From: Pedosphaera sp.
GTDB taxonomy: Bacteria > Verrucomicrobiota > Verrucomicrobiia > Limisphaerales > SIBH01
Direction of reading: 5' to 3'
DNA: 64,000 nt
NCBI GenBank assembly: GCA_031414955.1
Contig: JANOQV010000159.1
Location: 1 to 64,000, forward strand
The notes under the pieces were generated by a model that saw only the letters and a program-made list of their open reading frames with translations, was not told the DNA's origin and ran no database searches. This document shows, piece by piece, positions 1 to 8,236 of this stretch (positions are counted from its first letter, which is position 1; each line of letters starts with the position of its first letter). The translations under genes were made by a program, and so were the position numbers.

Positions 1-1663
1 CACCGTGGATGAAGACAACGGCACCAGCGACCCGGCCAACGGCACCGGCACCAGTCTGCGCGAGGCGCTGAAGTATGCGCAAAACCTGGGCGGCGCACGG
101 ACCATCACCTTCGCGCCGGGGCTGGCCGGGCAGACGGTCACGCTCACCGCGGGCTGGGGCGGCAGCGGCGACGCCACCGCACTGGCGGTTTCCACGGCGG
201 TGACGATTCAGGGCCTCGCCACTGCCCCCGGCGTCACGCTCGCCATGGGCGCGGGCGTCACGCGGCGGCATTTTTACGTCGCGTATGGCGGTGCGCTGAC
301 TTTGCAAAATCTCACGCTTACCGGCGGCAACCCCATTGACGGTGGTGGCTCTGACGGCAACGGCGGCTCCATCGAGAGTGATGGTGACCTCGATGTGGCC
401 GGCTGCACATTTACTGGGAACATTGCTAAACGGGGCGGCGCGCTTTTCCTCTCTAGCCCGTTAGTTTTTTACTCGACGCCGCTGACGCGGGTCGCGAACT
501 CGACCTTCACGGGGAATACCACGCGTAGTGACGGCGGTGCGATTTATACCAGTCGCGCCGTGATGGCACTGACGAATGTGACCATCGCCGACAACAACTC
601 ACTGTTGAATAACGCCTTCTTACGAGGCGGCGGCATTTACCAGGAGAACAACGAAACGCAGATGGTGAACTGCATCATCGCCCGCAACACCCCCGACGAC
701 TTTGTGTCCTTTGTGTCGCAAGTGGTGGACAGTTTCAACAATCTCATCGGCGTCCCCGCCGCGAGCCTGGGTCTCGGCGCGCTCGCGGATAACGGCGGGC
801 CGACGCGAACGATGGCCTTGCAGCCCAACAGCCCGGCGCTCAATGCCGGCGCGACGGTCCCCGGCCTCACCACCGACCAGCGCGGCCAGGGGCGACCGCA
901 GTTCGGCGCGGCGGACATCGGCGCGTATGAATTGAACGCCTTCGATACCGGCCAGGCCACGCTCTCCGTCGGCGGGGCGTATTGGTATCTCGGCACGCCC
1001 GCCGTCGGCAGCGATTTGCGCGTCTATTACCTGCTGCCGGGCCAGCCCGAGGTGTGGGTGGACAACGGCTCGGGCGTGCGCCTCGGCCAGGCGCTCGACG
1101 GCACCGTGCTCGTGGAAAATTCCAACGGCGAAGTCTATGCCCGCACCGGATCGACCAACGGCCCCGGCACCGCCTGGCCCCGGCTCACCTCCGTCGTCGC
1201 GGGTGACGGCGCGACGTGGTTCCTCGGTCCCGATGCCAACGGCAGCGACTTCCACATTTACCGCTGGGCCGCCGGCGGTGCGCCGATCTACAGCGACGGC
1301 TACGCGACGAACCTCACCGTGCGGATGGACGGCTCCATCAATGCGCGCAACAACGTGGGCAACCTCTATCACCGCGTCGGCTCCGAAGCGGGCCTCGGCT
1401 CCCACTGGGAACTGCTCCTCCCCAGCACGCCCGCGTTGACCAGCCCGGTGCGGCTGGGCAGCGGCGCGTTCCAGTTCAGCTTCACCAACCAAAGCGACGC
1501 GCCCTTCACCGCCCACGCCACGACGAACATCGCGCTGCCCCTCGCGCAGTGGTCGAACCTCGGCCCGGTCGTGGAGACGCCGCCCGGCTCCGGCCGCTAC
1601 CAGTTCACCGACCCGCAGGCGACGAACAGCGCGCTGCGCTTCTACCGCGTGACCTCGCCGTGA
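1..1663 (+). CDS. 5'-partial secreted protein: SLREA motif, beta-helix (Pmp-like GGAI) repeats, choice-of-anchor Q domain, tectonin-like repeats and C-terminal RFYR domain
   Basis: ORF 5..1663 with frame open to the window edge; motifs GTSLREAL, GGAIY/FTGN, GGPTRTMALQPNSPALNAG..DQRG..R..ADIGAYE; ends LRFYRVTSP. Confidence 0.75.
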   Translation, partial: TVDEDNGTSDPANGTGTSLREALKYAQNLGGARTITFAPGLAGQTVTLTAGWGGSGDATALAVSTAVTIQGLATAPGVTLAMGAGVTRRHFYVAYGGALTLQNLTLTGGNPIDGGGSDGNGGSIESDGDLDVAGCTFTGNIAKRGGALFLSSPLVFYSTPLTRVANSTFTGNTTRSDGGAIYTSRAVMALTNVTIADNNSLLNNAFLRGGGIYQENNETQMVNCIIARNTPDDFVSFVSQVVDSFNNLIGVPAASLGLGALADNGGPTRTMALQPNSPALNAGATVPGLTTDQRGQGRPQFGAADIGAYELNAFDTGQATLSVGGAYWYLGTPAVGSDLRVYYLLPGQPEVWVDNGSGVRLGQALDGTVLVENSNGEVYARTGSTNGPGTAWPRLTSVVAGDGATWFLGPDANGSDFHIYRWAAGGAPIYSDGYATNLTVRMDGSINARNNVGNLYHRVGSEAGLGSHWELLLPSTPALTSPVRLGSGAFQFSFTNQSDAPFTAHATTNIALPLAQWSNLGPVVETPPGSGRYQFTDPQATNSALRFYRVTSP

Positions 1664-1712
1664 GGCGCGGGCGGGGCACCCGTGCTACCCAGAACTGTTT
1701 CGGAGTTCGGGT

Positions 1713-1792
1713 TTATTCCCCTGACACTCATTCCCCTGACATCGTTCCGTCGGCAGAAATGAAGTCAGGGGAATGATTGTCAGGGGAATGAA
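1713..1792. repeat. REP-like palindrome with internally duplicated arms
   Basis: attcccctgaca x2 followed by gtcaggggaatg x2. Confidence 0.75.
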
Positions 1793-1901
1793 GACCGCTG
1801 CGCTGGGCCGACATATTTCGATGCGTCTCGACACGGTTTTGAAACCTTGACCAGCCGAGTTGAGGCTCGACGCGCGGGGCCGGACGGCCAATCATTTCGG
1901 C

Positions 1902-3371
1902 ATGACCCGACTGGAATCCGAGGCCACGCTGCGCGCCACGACGCGCCGCCAGTTCTTCAGCCGCTGCGGCTTGGGACTCGGCTCCATCGCGCTCGCGTCA
2001 CTGCTCGGCGACAAAGTTTTCGGAGCCGACTCCGCACTCCGCAATTCGCAGTCCGCACTTCCCAATCCCTTCGCGCCCAAGCCGCCGCACTTTCCGGCGC
2101 GGGCCAAGAACATCATCTACCTGTTCATGGCGGGCGGGCCGAGCCAGTTGGAGCTGTTCGATTACAAGCCCAAGCTCGTGGAGCTGAACGGGCAGCCGAT
2201 TCCGCAGTCGTTCATCGAGGGCAAGCGCTTCGCCTTCATGGGCAGCAGCCACGGCACCAAGCTGCTCGGCACGCGGCGCGAATTCAAACAGCACGGCCAG
2301 AGCGGCGCGTGGGTGAGCAACCTGTTTCCGCACACGGCGAAGATCGTGGACGACATCTCGCTCGTGCATTCGTGCCAGGCCACGCTGTTCAATCACGCGC
2401 CGGCGAAGCTGTTCATGAACACCGGCTCCGGGCAGTTCGGGCGGCCGAGCATGGGTTCATGGGTCACGTACGGACTGGGCAGCGAATCGCAGGACTTGCC
2501 GGGCTTCGTGGTGTTGCAGAGCGGCCCACGCGGGCCGCGCGGCGGCGCGGTGAACTGGGGCAGCGGTTTTCTCCCGACGACGTATCAGGGCGTGCCGTTT
2601 CGTGGCGGCGGCGATCCCATTCTCGACTTGTCCTCGCCCAAAGGCGTGAGCGCGACCAAGCAGCGCCAGACCATCGACGCGATTCGCGACCTGAACCTCG
2701 CGCGCCTCGTCGAGACCGGCGACCCGGAAATCACCACGCGCATCGCGTCCTACGAGATGGCGTATCGGATGCAGTCGAGCGCGCCGGAACTCATCGATCT
2801 CTCCGGCGAAAGCGAGGCGACGCTCAAGCTCTACGGCGTGGAGAAGGACAAGCCGTCCTTCGCGCGCAACTGCCTGCTTGCGCGCCGGCTCGTCGAACGC
2901 GGCACGCGCTTCGTGCAGCTCTATCATACGAACTGGGACAGCCACGGCGGCCCCGGCGAGAACTTGCAGAGCGACTTCGAGAAACTCTGCCGCGACGTGG
3001 ACCAAGGCCAGGCCGCGCTGGTGAAAGATTTGCAAGCGCGCGGACTGCTCAAGGACACGCTCGTCGTCTGGGGCGGAGAATTCGGCCGCACGCCGATGGG
3101 CGAGAACCGCGACACCACGGGACGCAACCATCACATCGACGCCTTCACCATGTGGTTCGCCGGCGGCGGCGTGAAGGCCGGGCAAGTCCTCGGCAAAACC
3201 GACGAGTTAGGTTTCAATTCCATCGAAGACCCCGCCCACGTCCACGACATCCACGCCACGATCCTGCACCTGCTCGGACTCGATCACAAAAAACTCACCT
3301 TCCGTTTCCAGGGCCGAGACTTCCGGCTCACAGATGTTCACGGAGAGTTGGTGACGAAGTTGTTCGTCTGA
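1902..3371 (+). CDS. DUF1501 family protein (Tat-exported, sulfatase-like)
   Basis: TRRQFF twin-arginine signal; [59 protein letters not shown] at 1902 preferred to TTG at 1860. Confidence 0.92.
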   Translation: MTRLESEATLRATTRRQFFSRCGLGLGSIALASLLGDKVFGADSALRNSQSALPNPFAPKPPHFPARAKNIIYLFMAGGPSQLELFDYKPKLVELNGQPIPQSFIEGKRFAFMGSSHGTKLLGTRREFKQHGQSGAWVSNLFPHTAKIVDDISLVHSCQATLFNHAPAKLFMNTGSGQFGRPSMGSWVTYGLGSESQDLPGFVVLQSGPRGPRGGAVNWGSGFLPTTYQGVPFRGGGDPILDLSSPKGVSATKQRQTIDAIRDLNLARLVETGDPEITTRIASYEMAYRMQSSAPELIDLSGESEATLKLYGVEKDKPSFARNCLLARRLVERGTRFVQLYHTNWDSHGGPGENLQSDFEKLCRDVDQGQAALVKDLQARGLLKDTLVVWGGEFGRTPMGENRDTTGRNHHIDAFTMWFAGGGVKAGQVLGKTDELGFNSIEDPAHVHDIHATILHLLGLDHKKLTFRFQGRDFRLTDVHGELVTKLFV

Positions 3372-3400
3372 TTCAATCCACGAACCCACGTCCGCCGTCC

Positions 3401-3428
3401 TTGACGCCCTACTTCATTGAAGTAGGCT
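3401..3428 (+). promoter_or_regulatory. sigma70-type promoter with overlapping palindromic operator for the TA operon
   Basis: TTGACG-16 nt-TAGGCT; perfect inverted repeat cctacttca-t-tgaagtagg at 3408-3426. Confidence 0.65.
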
Positions 3429-3434
3429 GCGCCG

Positions 3435-3743
3435 GTGACTTTCGTGGAACTGACGGCCTACACCAAGCGAGTGGCTGACTTGCTGGACGAAGTTGCGGAA
3501 CTGGACTTTTGCGTCCGCCTGCTGAAACGGCCCGGTGAAGGCCGCGTCATTCCGGCTTCGGGCGGGTTGCGAAAAATCCGCGTGGCGGCGAAAGGACACG
3601 GCAAACGCGGCGGCGCGCGGGTGATTTATTACTGGCAGGACGCGGCGGGGAAAATTTGGCTGTGCCGGATTTACGCCAAGAACGAGGCGGAGAATCTGCC
3701 GGCCGCCGAGATAAAGAAGATTCAACGAGAACTGAACCAATGA
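3435..3743 (+). CDS. RelE/HigB-2 family toxin
   Basis: FVEL..., G.VIPASGGLRKIRVA..G.GKRGGARVIYY, IYAKNEAENL. Confidence 0.9.
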   Translation: MTFVELTAYTKRVADLLDEVAELDFCVRLLKRPGEGRVIPASGGLRKIRVAAKGHGKRGGARVIYYWQDAAGKIWLCRIYAKNEAENLPAAEIKKIQRELNQ

Positions 3744-4093
3744 AAAAAGCGTACGCACAAATTCATCGTGAAATCGCGGCCTTGCGCCGGGGCGATGAGG
3801 CTCCGTCCCGCGTGTATCAAGTCACCCTCGATTCCAGGGGCCGCCCGGTGAAGCGCAACCTGTCGCCGGAGAAGTTCCGCCGACAACAGGCTGTCGAATG
3901 GCAAAGTGAACAGGCCGTCGAAGCCCGCCGCAAACTTGGCCTCTCCCAGACCGATTTCGCCCGCCTGCTCGGCATCAGCGTGCGCACGCTGCACAACTGG
4001 GAGCAGGGCTGGCGCAAACCGACCGGCGCGGCGCGCGTGCTCTTGAAGCTGGCGACCATGAACCCCCACGCCGTCCTCAAGGCGGCGGCGTGA
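3740..4093 (+). CDS. XRE-family HTH antitoxin (HigA-2-like)
   Basis: ATGA overlap with the toxin; [41 protein letters not shown]. Confidence 0.9.
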   Translation: MKKAYAQIHREIAALRRGDEAPSRVYQVTLDSRGRPVKRNLSPEKFRRQQAVEWQSEQAVEARRKLGLSQTDFARLLGISVRTLHNWEQGWRKPTGAARVLLKLATMNPHAVLKAAA

Positions 4094-4290
4094 AGGCCGG
4101 GCAAGTGCTCGGCAAGACGGATGAACTCGGCTTCAACGCCGTCGAGAATCCCGCGCACGTTCACGACATCCACGCCACGATCCTGCACCTGTTGGGTCTC
4201 GACCACAAAAAGCTCACCTTCCGTTTCCAGGGCCGGGACTTTCGGCTGACCGATGTTCACGGAGAACTCGTGACGAAGCTGCTGGCATAA
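4081..4290 (+). pseudogene. displaced 3' end of the DUF1501 gene (copy 2)
   Basis: Homologous to 3162-3371; encodes [69 protein letters not shown]. Confidence 0.9.
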
Positions 4291-4320
4291 ATCGCGGGTA
4301 CCCGCCATGATTTAAGTCCC

Positions 4321-5715
4321 ATGCAAAAACTCCTATTGTTGGCCGTGGCGAGTGGATTTGCTTTCAGCATCCACGCCGCCATTTTGTCACCCACCATCCA
4401 GTGGCAACGCACGTTTGGAGGCAACAAAGGTGATACGGTCTTCGCAATGCTGCAAACACCAGACGGCGGATTCGTGGTTGGCGGCGACAGCGAATACTAT
4501 TATGAGAATGACGACTTCTTGGTCATTCGCCTCGATTCAACTGGAAACACACTGTGGACGAGGCGAATCGGCGGAATCAATGGCGAGCACCTCACAACTC
4601 TCGAAAGCACGGGTGACGGTGGCGTCATCATCGCGGGTGAATCAACTTCTCCACCCAGCACGAATGGGCTCACTATAGGCAAATCGAGTCCTCTGCTCGG
4701 CCTGCCCGGCTCGGCGGATGCTTGGGTCGTGCGACTTGATTCTAACGGAAATAAACTTTGGGATCGCAGCTTCGGGTCGGCGAACTCTGAGCACGATCCA
4801 ATTCTTCAACCGCTACAGCATGGGGGTTTCATCCTCGCCTTTGGCGGGCCGAGCGCAGCCTTGGTGCGACTCGACCCGCAAGGCAACTCGCTTTGGTCCA
4901 CGGCCATTTCGGTTTCGGGAAACAAATTCCAACTCAAGGAGGCAACCAACGGGGATTTCCTGCTGTTGGATTGGAGTAAACTGGTGCGCCTTTCGACGAA
5001 TGGCGTGGTCCTCTGGCAGCATCCACTGGTACCGGGGGACTGGCCATGTGCCGTATTTGAAACCAAAACCAACACCATTATTTTCGGCACAGCCCCATCG
5101 CCTTACGCGTCGAATTATTTCGCGCGCGTGACAACGGTCGATGCGATGGGGAATTTATTGTTCTCCCGGCAATTGCTTGCGCAAGAGTTCGACTTGGTGG
5201 CGGCGATGGCTCTACCCACGAATGGTGGAGTGATTATCAGTGGTATAGCGCGCGCAACTCCGCTGTCCGACATTGATTATGGCGTCGCTCGGTTCGATGC
5301 GAGCACCAACCGCATCTGGACATTTCTGGCAGGAGGCAACGATTCGGAATGGCTGCGCACAATGATTCAAACATGTGATGGCGGACTGTTGTTAGGCGGG
5401 TCATCAGACTCGGGTGTCAGCCGGGATAAGACGGAGCCTGGATTCGGCGAAGATGACTTTTGGGTTTTGAAAATTGCGCCCGACGCCATCAACGCTCCAC
5501 CCCGCCTGCAAATCGTTCGCTCATCATCTCCTGGTTCAGTTAGTCACACTATCTCTCTCACCGGCGTATCCAATCACCTCTATGCGGTGGACGGCTCTTC
5601 AAATCTTATGCAGTGGGTTCCAGTGTTTACGAATCGCGCCACCACCGGCTCCATTCAGACGAATCTGACCATTGATGCTGGCACGAATTACTTTCGCGCG
5701 CGCCTCGTTCCGTAA
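4321..5715 (+). CDS. secreted beta-propeller-like repeat protein with C-terminal YFRAR domain
   Basis: Signal peptide; repeated W.R..GG...D/E, T.DGG....G, D.WV.RLD..GN..W motifs; visibly lower GC than the flanks. Confidence 0.75.
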   Translation: MQKLLLLAVASGFAFSIHAAILSPTIQWQRTFGGNKGDTVFAMLQTPDGGFVVGGDSEYYYENDDFLVIRLDSTGNTLWTRRIGGINGEHLTTLESTGDGGVIIAGESTSPPSTNGLTIGKSSPLLGLPGSADAWVVRLDSNGNKLWDRSFGSANSEHDPILQPLQHGGFILAFGGPSAALVRLDPQGNSLWSTAISVSGNKFQLKEATNGDFLLLDWSKLVRLSTNGVVLWQHPLVPGDWPCAVFETKTNTIIFGTAPSPYASNYFARVTTVDAMGNLLFSRQLLAQEFDLVAAMALPTNGGVIISGIARATPLSDIDYGVARFDASTNRIWTFLAGGNDSEWLRTMIQTCDGGLLLGGSSDSGVSRDKTEPGFGEDDFWVLKIAPDAINAPPRLQIVRSSSPGSVSHTISLTGVSNHLYAVDGSSNLMQWVPVFTNRATTGSIQTNLTIDAGTNYFRARLVP

Positions 5716-5745
5716 ATCATGCCAGGCGATTCATCGCCTTCGCAC

Positions 5746-5838
5746 CTCGTTCGCAAGCCCCTGACGTTCCGTTTCCAGGGCCGCGATTTCCGACTGACGG
5801 ATGTGCATGGCGAGCTGGTGAAGAAGCTGTTCGCGTGA
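5746..5838 (+). pseudogene. displaced 3' end of the DUF1501 gene (copy 3)
   Basis: Translates [30 protein letters not shown]; absent from the ORF track. Confidence 0.88.
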
Positions 5839-5880
5839 GTGGCAGGGACGCAGCCATTTCAATCTCGCAGACGTGAAGCT

Positions 5881-8157
5881 CTATTGGGGTACGGCGGGCT
5901 TTGTACTGCCGAGGAAACGCAGCAGGCGCTCGGAAAAATATCCGGACGCGATCACATCGTCGCCGGTCGTCACGGCCAGGCGATGGACGTTGCGTTCCAG
6001 TGGATGGCCATTGCGAAAGCTGCGATCCAGCGAGCCGTTGCTGTTGAGCCGCGCCACACCGTCGGTCGGCCAGTTGCCCAGCGCGGTAAACATGCCGGCC
6101 ACAAGGATGCGCGCTCGACTGTCCACGACCAGGGCGTTGAGGCGGGCGTTCGGGAGGGGAACGCTTTGAAAGGTGGGGTCAATCGAGCCGTTGCTGTTCA
6201 GCCGGACGACCGCACCCGGAGAGGCAGCGATGAGGATTTTTCCATCGGGCAGCAAGGCCACGGCCTTGGTGTAAAAGCTGGTCGGGGGCTGAAACGAACT
6301 GTCCAGCGAACCGTCCGGGCGCAGGCGGACCAGGCACTTTTGCGCGGTGCCATTCGCGCGGTTGAACGCACCACCCACCAGGATTTTCCCATCCGGTTGC
6401 GCGACGAGGTGCGTGGGCGGCCAATCGAAGGAGGCCTGGAAGGTATTGTCCACCGCGCCATTCACATGGAGACGCACCAGGCGTTGATGCGCGAAGCCGT
6501 TGAAGCGGAGGAAGCTGCCGCTGATGAGAACCTTTCCATCGGGCTGGAGTCCAATGGACCGCGCCTCCAGATCGCCGCCGCTACCCACGACAAAGGAGGA
6601 GTCAAACCGGCCATTGCTGAAAATCCGGCCGGCCGTCTTGGATGGGTTGTTGTTCAGCGTGCGGAAGTTGCCGGCCAGAATGATTTTTCCATCCGGCTGC
6701 ACGGCCAGCCCGTGGACGGCGCCGCCGGCCTTGGTTCCGAAGCTCGGGTCCACGCTGCCGTCCGGCTGGAAGCGCACAATCGATCCGTGCCCCTCGCCGC
6801 CGGCCCGCTCGAAATAGCCGCCCACCAGAATTTTTCCGTCCGCCTGCACGGCCATGGCATCCATCGCCTCCATGTGCCCGCCCTGGATGCGAATGCGATG
6901 AAAAGCCGGGTCGCGCGCACCAGCGGTGAGGGGAGCGCCGGGTGTGGTTGCTGGGGCGACGGGCGGCGGCGTGGGTTCAGTGGGCGTTGTGGTGTTCAGG
7001 CTGGCTACTGGAGGCTTGTCCTCCTTTGGTGAGAGAGCGGGAGGTCTGTCATCGGTGGGCGCGGATGCTGAGCCATCGAAGAAACTGCGCGACGCCAGAA
7101 AACCAGCGACGACCACGGCCAAGAGCACCAGGCTCACGGCGGCGAGCAGGGCGAACCGATTTCGTGCGCGGCCGGCGCGCTGCACACTTGGCTCCGCTTG
7201 AGTCTCAAAAGGACGGGCCAAAAATTCCTGCTCGTGGGAGTCGCTTTCCGCGCTCGCGTCAGCTTGCGGAGCCGCCTCCGTCCGTTCGAGCAATCGCATT
7301 ACTTCCGCGATGCTGGCTGGACGCTGCGCCGGCGGTTTCGCCAGGCAACGCGCCACGGTGTCTTCCCATGCCCACGGAATGGTCACCTCTTCCGCGCCAA
7401 GTTCGTGCAGCCGCTCGGTCATGCTCGCCGGTGTCAGGTCCATGACCTGCGCCATAATCTCGCCCTTGTAGAACGGTGGCGTGCCGGTGAGCAGTTCGTA
7501 GATCGTCGCGCCCAGCGAATACACGTCGTCGGCCACCGATGGCGCTTCGCCCAGCGCCTGCTGCGGGCTCATGTAACCGACGGTGCCATAGACCAGGCCG
7601 GAGCCGGTGGTCTGCGTCAGTTGGGCGCCGAGGCTGCGGGCGATGCCAAAGTCGCTCACCTTCAACTGCTCCCGCTGGTTGATGAGCAAGTTCGACGGCT
7701 TGAGATCGCGATGCACGAACTGCGCCTCGCGATGCGCGTAATCGAGCGCAGAGACCAACTGGCGAATCCAAGGCGTGATTTCCTCGACCGAGAAAATGTG
7801 ATGGGGTCGATCCACGCGCATGGCCCAGAGCGACCAGCCGTTGATGAATTCCATGGCGATGGCCGCGGCGTGCTCGTCCTGCACGAAGTCATGGATGCGA
7901 ACGATGTTTGGATGGGCAAGCTGGAGATTGCGGCGCGTCTCGCGCTTGAGCCGCTCGATGGCGTTGGGATCGTGCAGCCAAGTGTCGGCGACAAATTTCA
8001 GCGCGACTTCCTGCTCCAGTTTTTCGTCCCGGGCCAGCCAGACCACGCCCATGCCACCCTGGCCCAGCGCACGGCGCAGGGTGTAACGCTGAAAAACTTT
8101 TCCACCCGCGACGAGGCCGCGCGCGTTGGCGTCGTGGGTGGAATCATCGCCGGGCAC
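5881..8157 (-). CDS. membrane Hanks-type Ser/Thr protein kinase with extracellular delta-60 beta-propeller repeats
   Basis: LGQGGMGVV, VALK, HRDLKPSN, DFG, GTVGYMSPQQ; single TM; repeated VQPDGKIL.GG.F...RL..DG..D.SF. Confidence 0.9.
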   Translation of the reverse strand: MPGDDSTHDANARGLVAGGKVFQRYTLRRALGQGGMGVVWLARDEKLEQEVALKFVADTWLHDPNAIERLKRETRRNLQLAHPNIVRIHDFVQDEHAAAIAMEFINGWSLWAMRVDRPHHIFSVEEITPWIRQLVSALDYAHREAQFVHRDLKPSNLLINQREQLKVSDFGIARSLGAQLTQTTGSGLVYGTVGYMSPQQALGEAPSVADDVYSLGATIYELLTGTPPFYKGEIMAQVMDLTPASMTERLHELGAEEVTIPWAWEDTVARCLAKPPAQRPASIAEVMRLLERTEAAPQADASAESDSHEQEFLARPFETQAEPSVQRAGRARNRFALLAAVSLVLLAVVVAGFLASRSFFDGSASAPTDDRPPALSPKEDKPPVASLNTTTPTEPTPPPVAPATTPGAPLTAGARDPAFHRIRIQGGHMEAMDAMAVQADGKILVGGYFERAGGEGHGSIVRFQPDGSVDPSFGTKAGGAVHGLAVQPDGKIILAGNFRTLNNNPSKTAGRIFSNGRFDSSFVVGSGGDLEARSIGLQPDGKVLISGSFLRFNGFAHQRLVRLHVNGAVDNTFQASFDWPPTHLVAQPDGKILVGGAFNRANGTAQKCLVRLRPDGSLDSSFQPPTSFYTKAVALLPDGKILIAASPGAVVRLNSNGSIDPTFQSVPLPNARLNALVVDSRARILVAGMFTALGNWPTDGVARLNSNGSLDRSFRNGHPLERNVHRLAVTTGDDVIASGYFSERLLRFLGSTKPAVPQ

Positions 8158-8236
8158 GGGCCGATGTCAGTCAACCGCCGTGCCCCTGTCGAGCATGGAA
8201 TTGGGAGATCAGGGGGGGCGGCGCGAACGTCCCGGC

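Noticed and set aside
3162..5838. DUF1501 3' copies as a diversity-generating retroelement TR/VR pair
   Set aside because: Differences are mostly synonymous third-position changes, not adenine-specific, and there is no reverse transcriptase in the window
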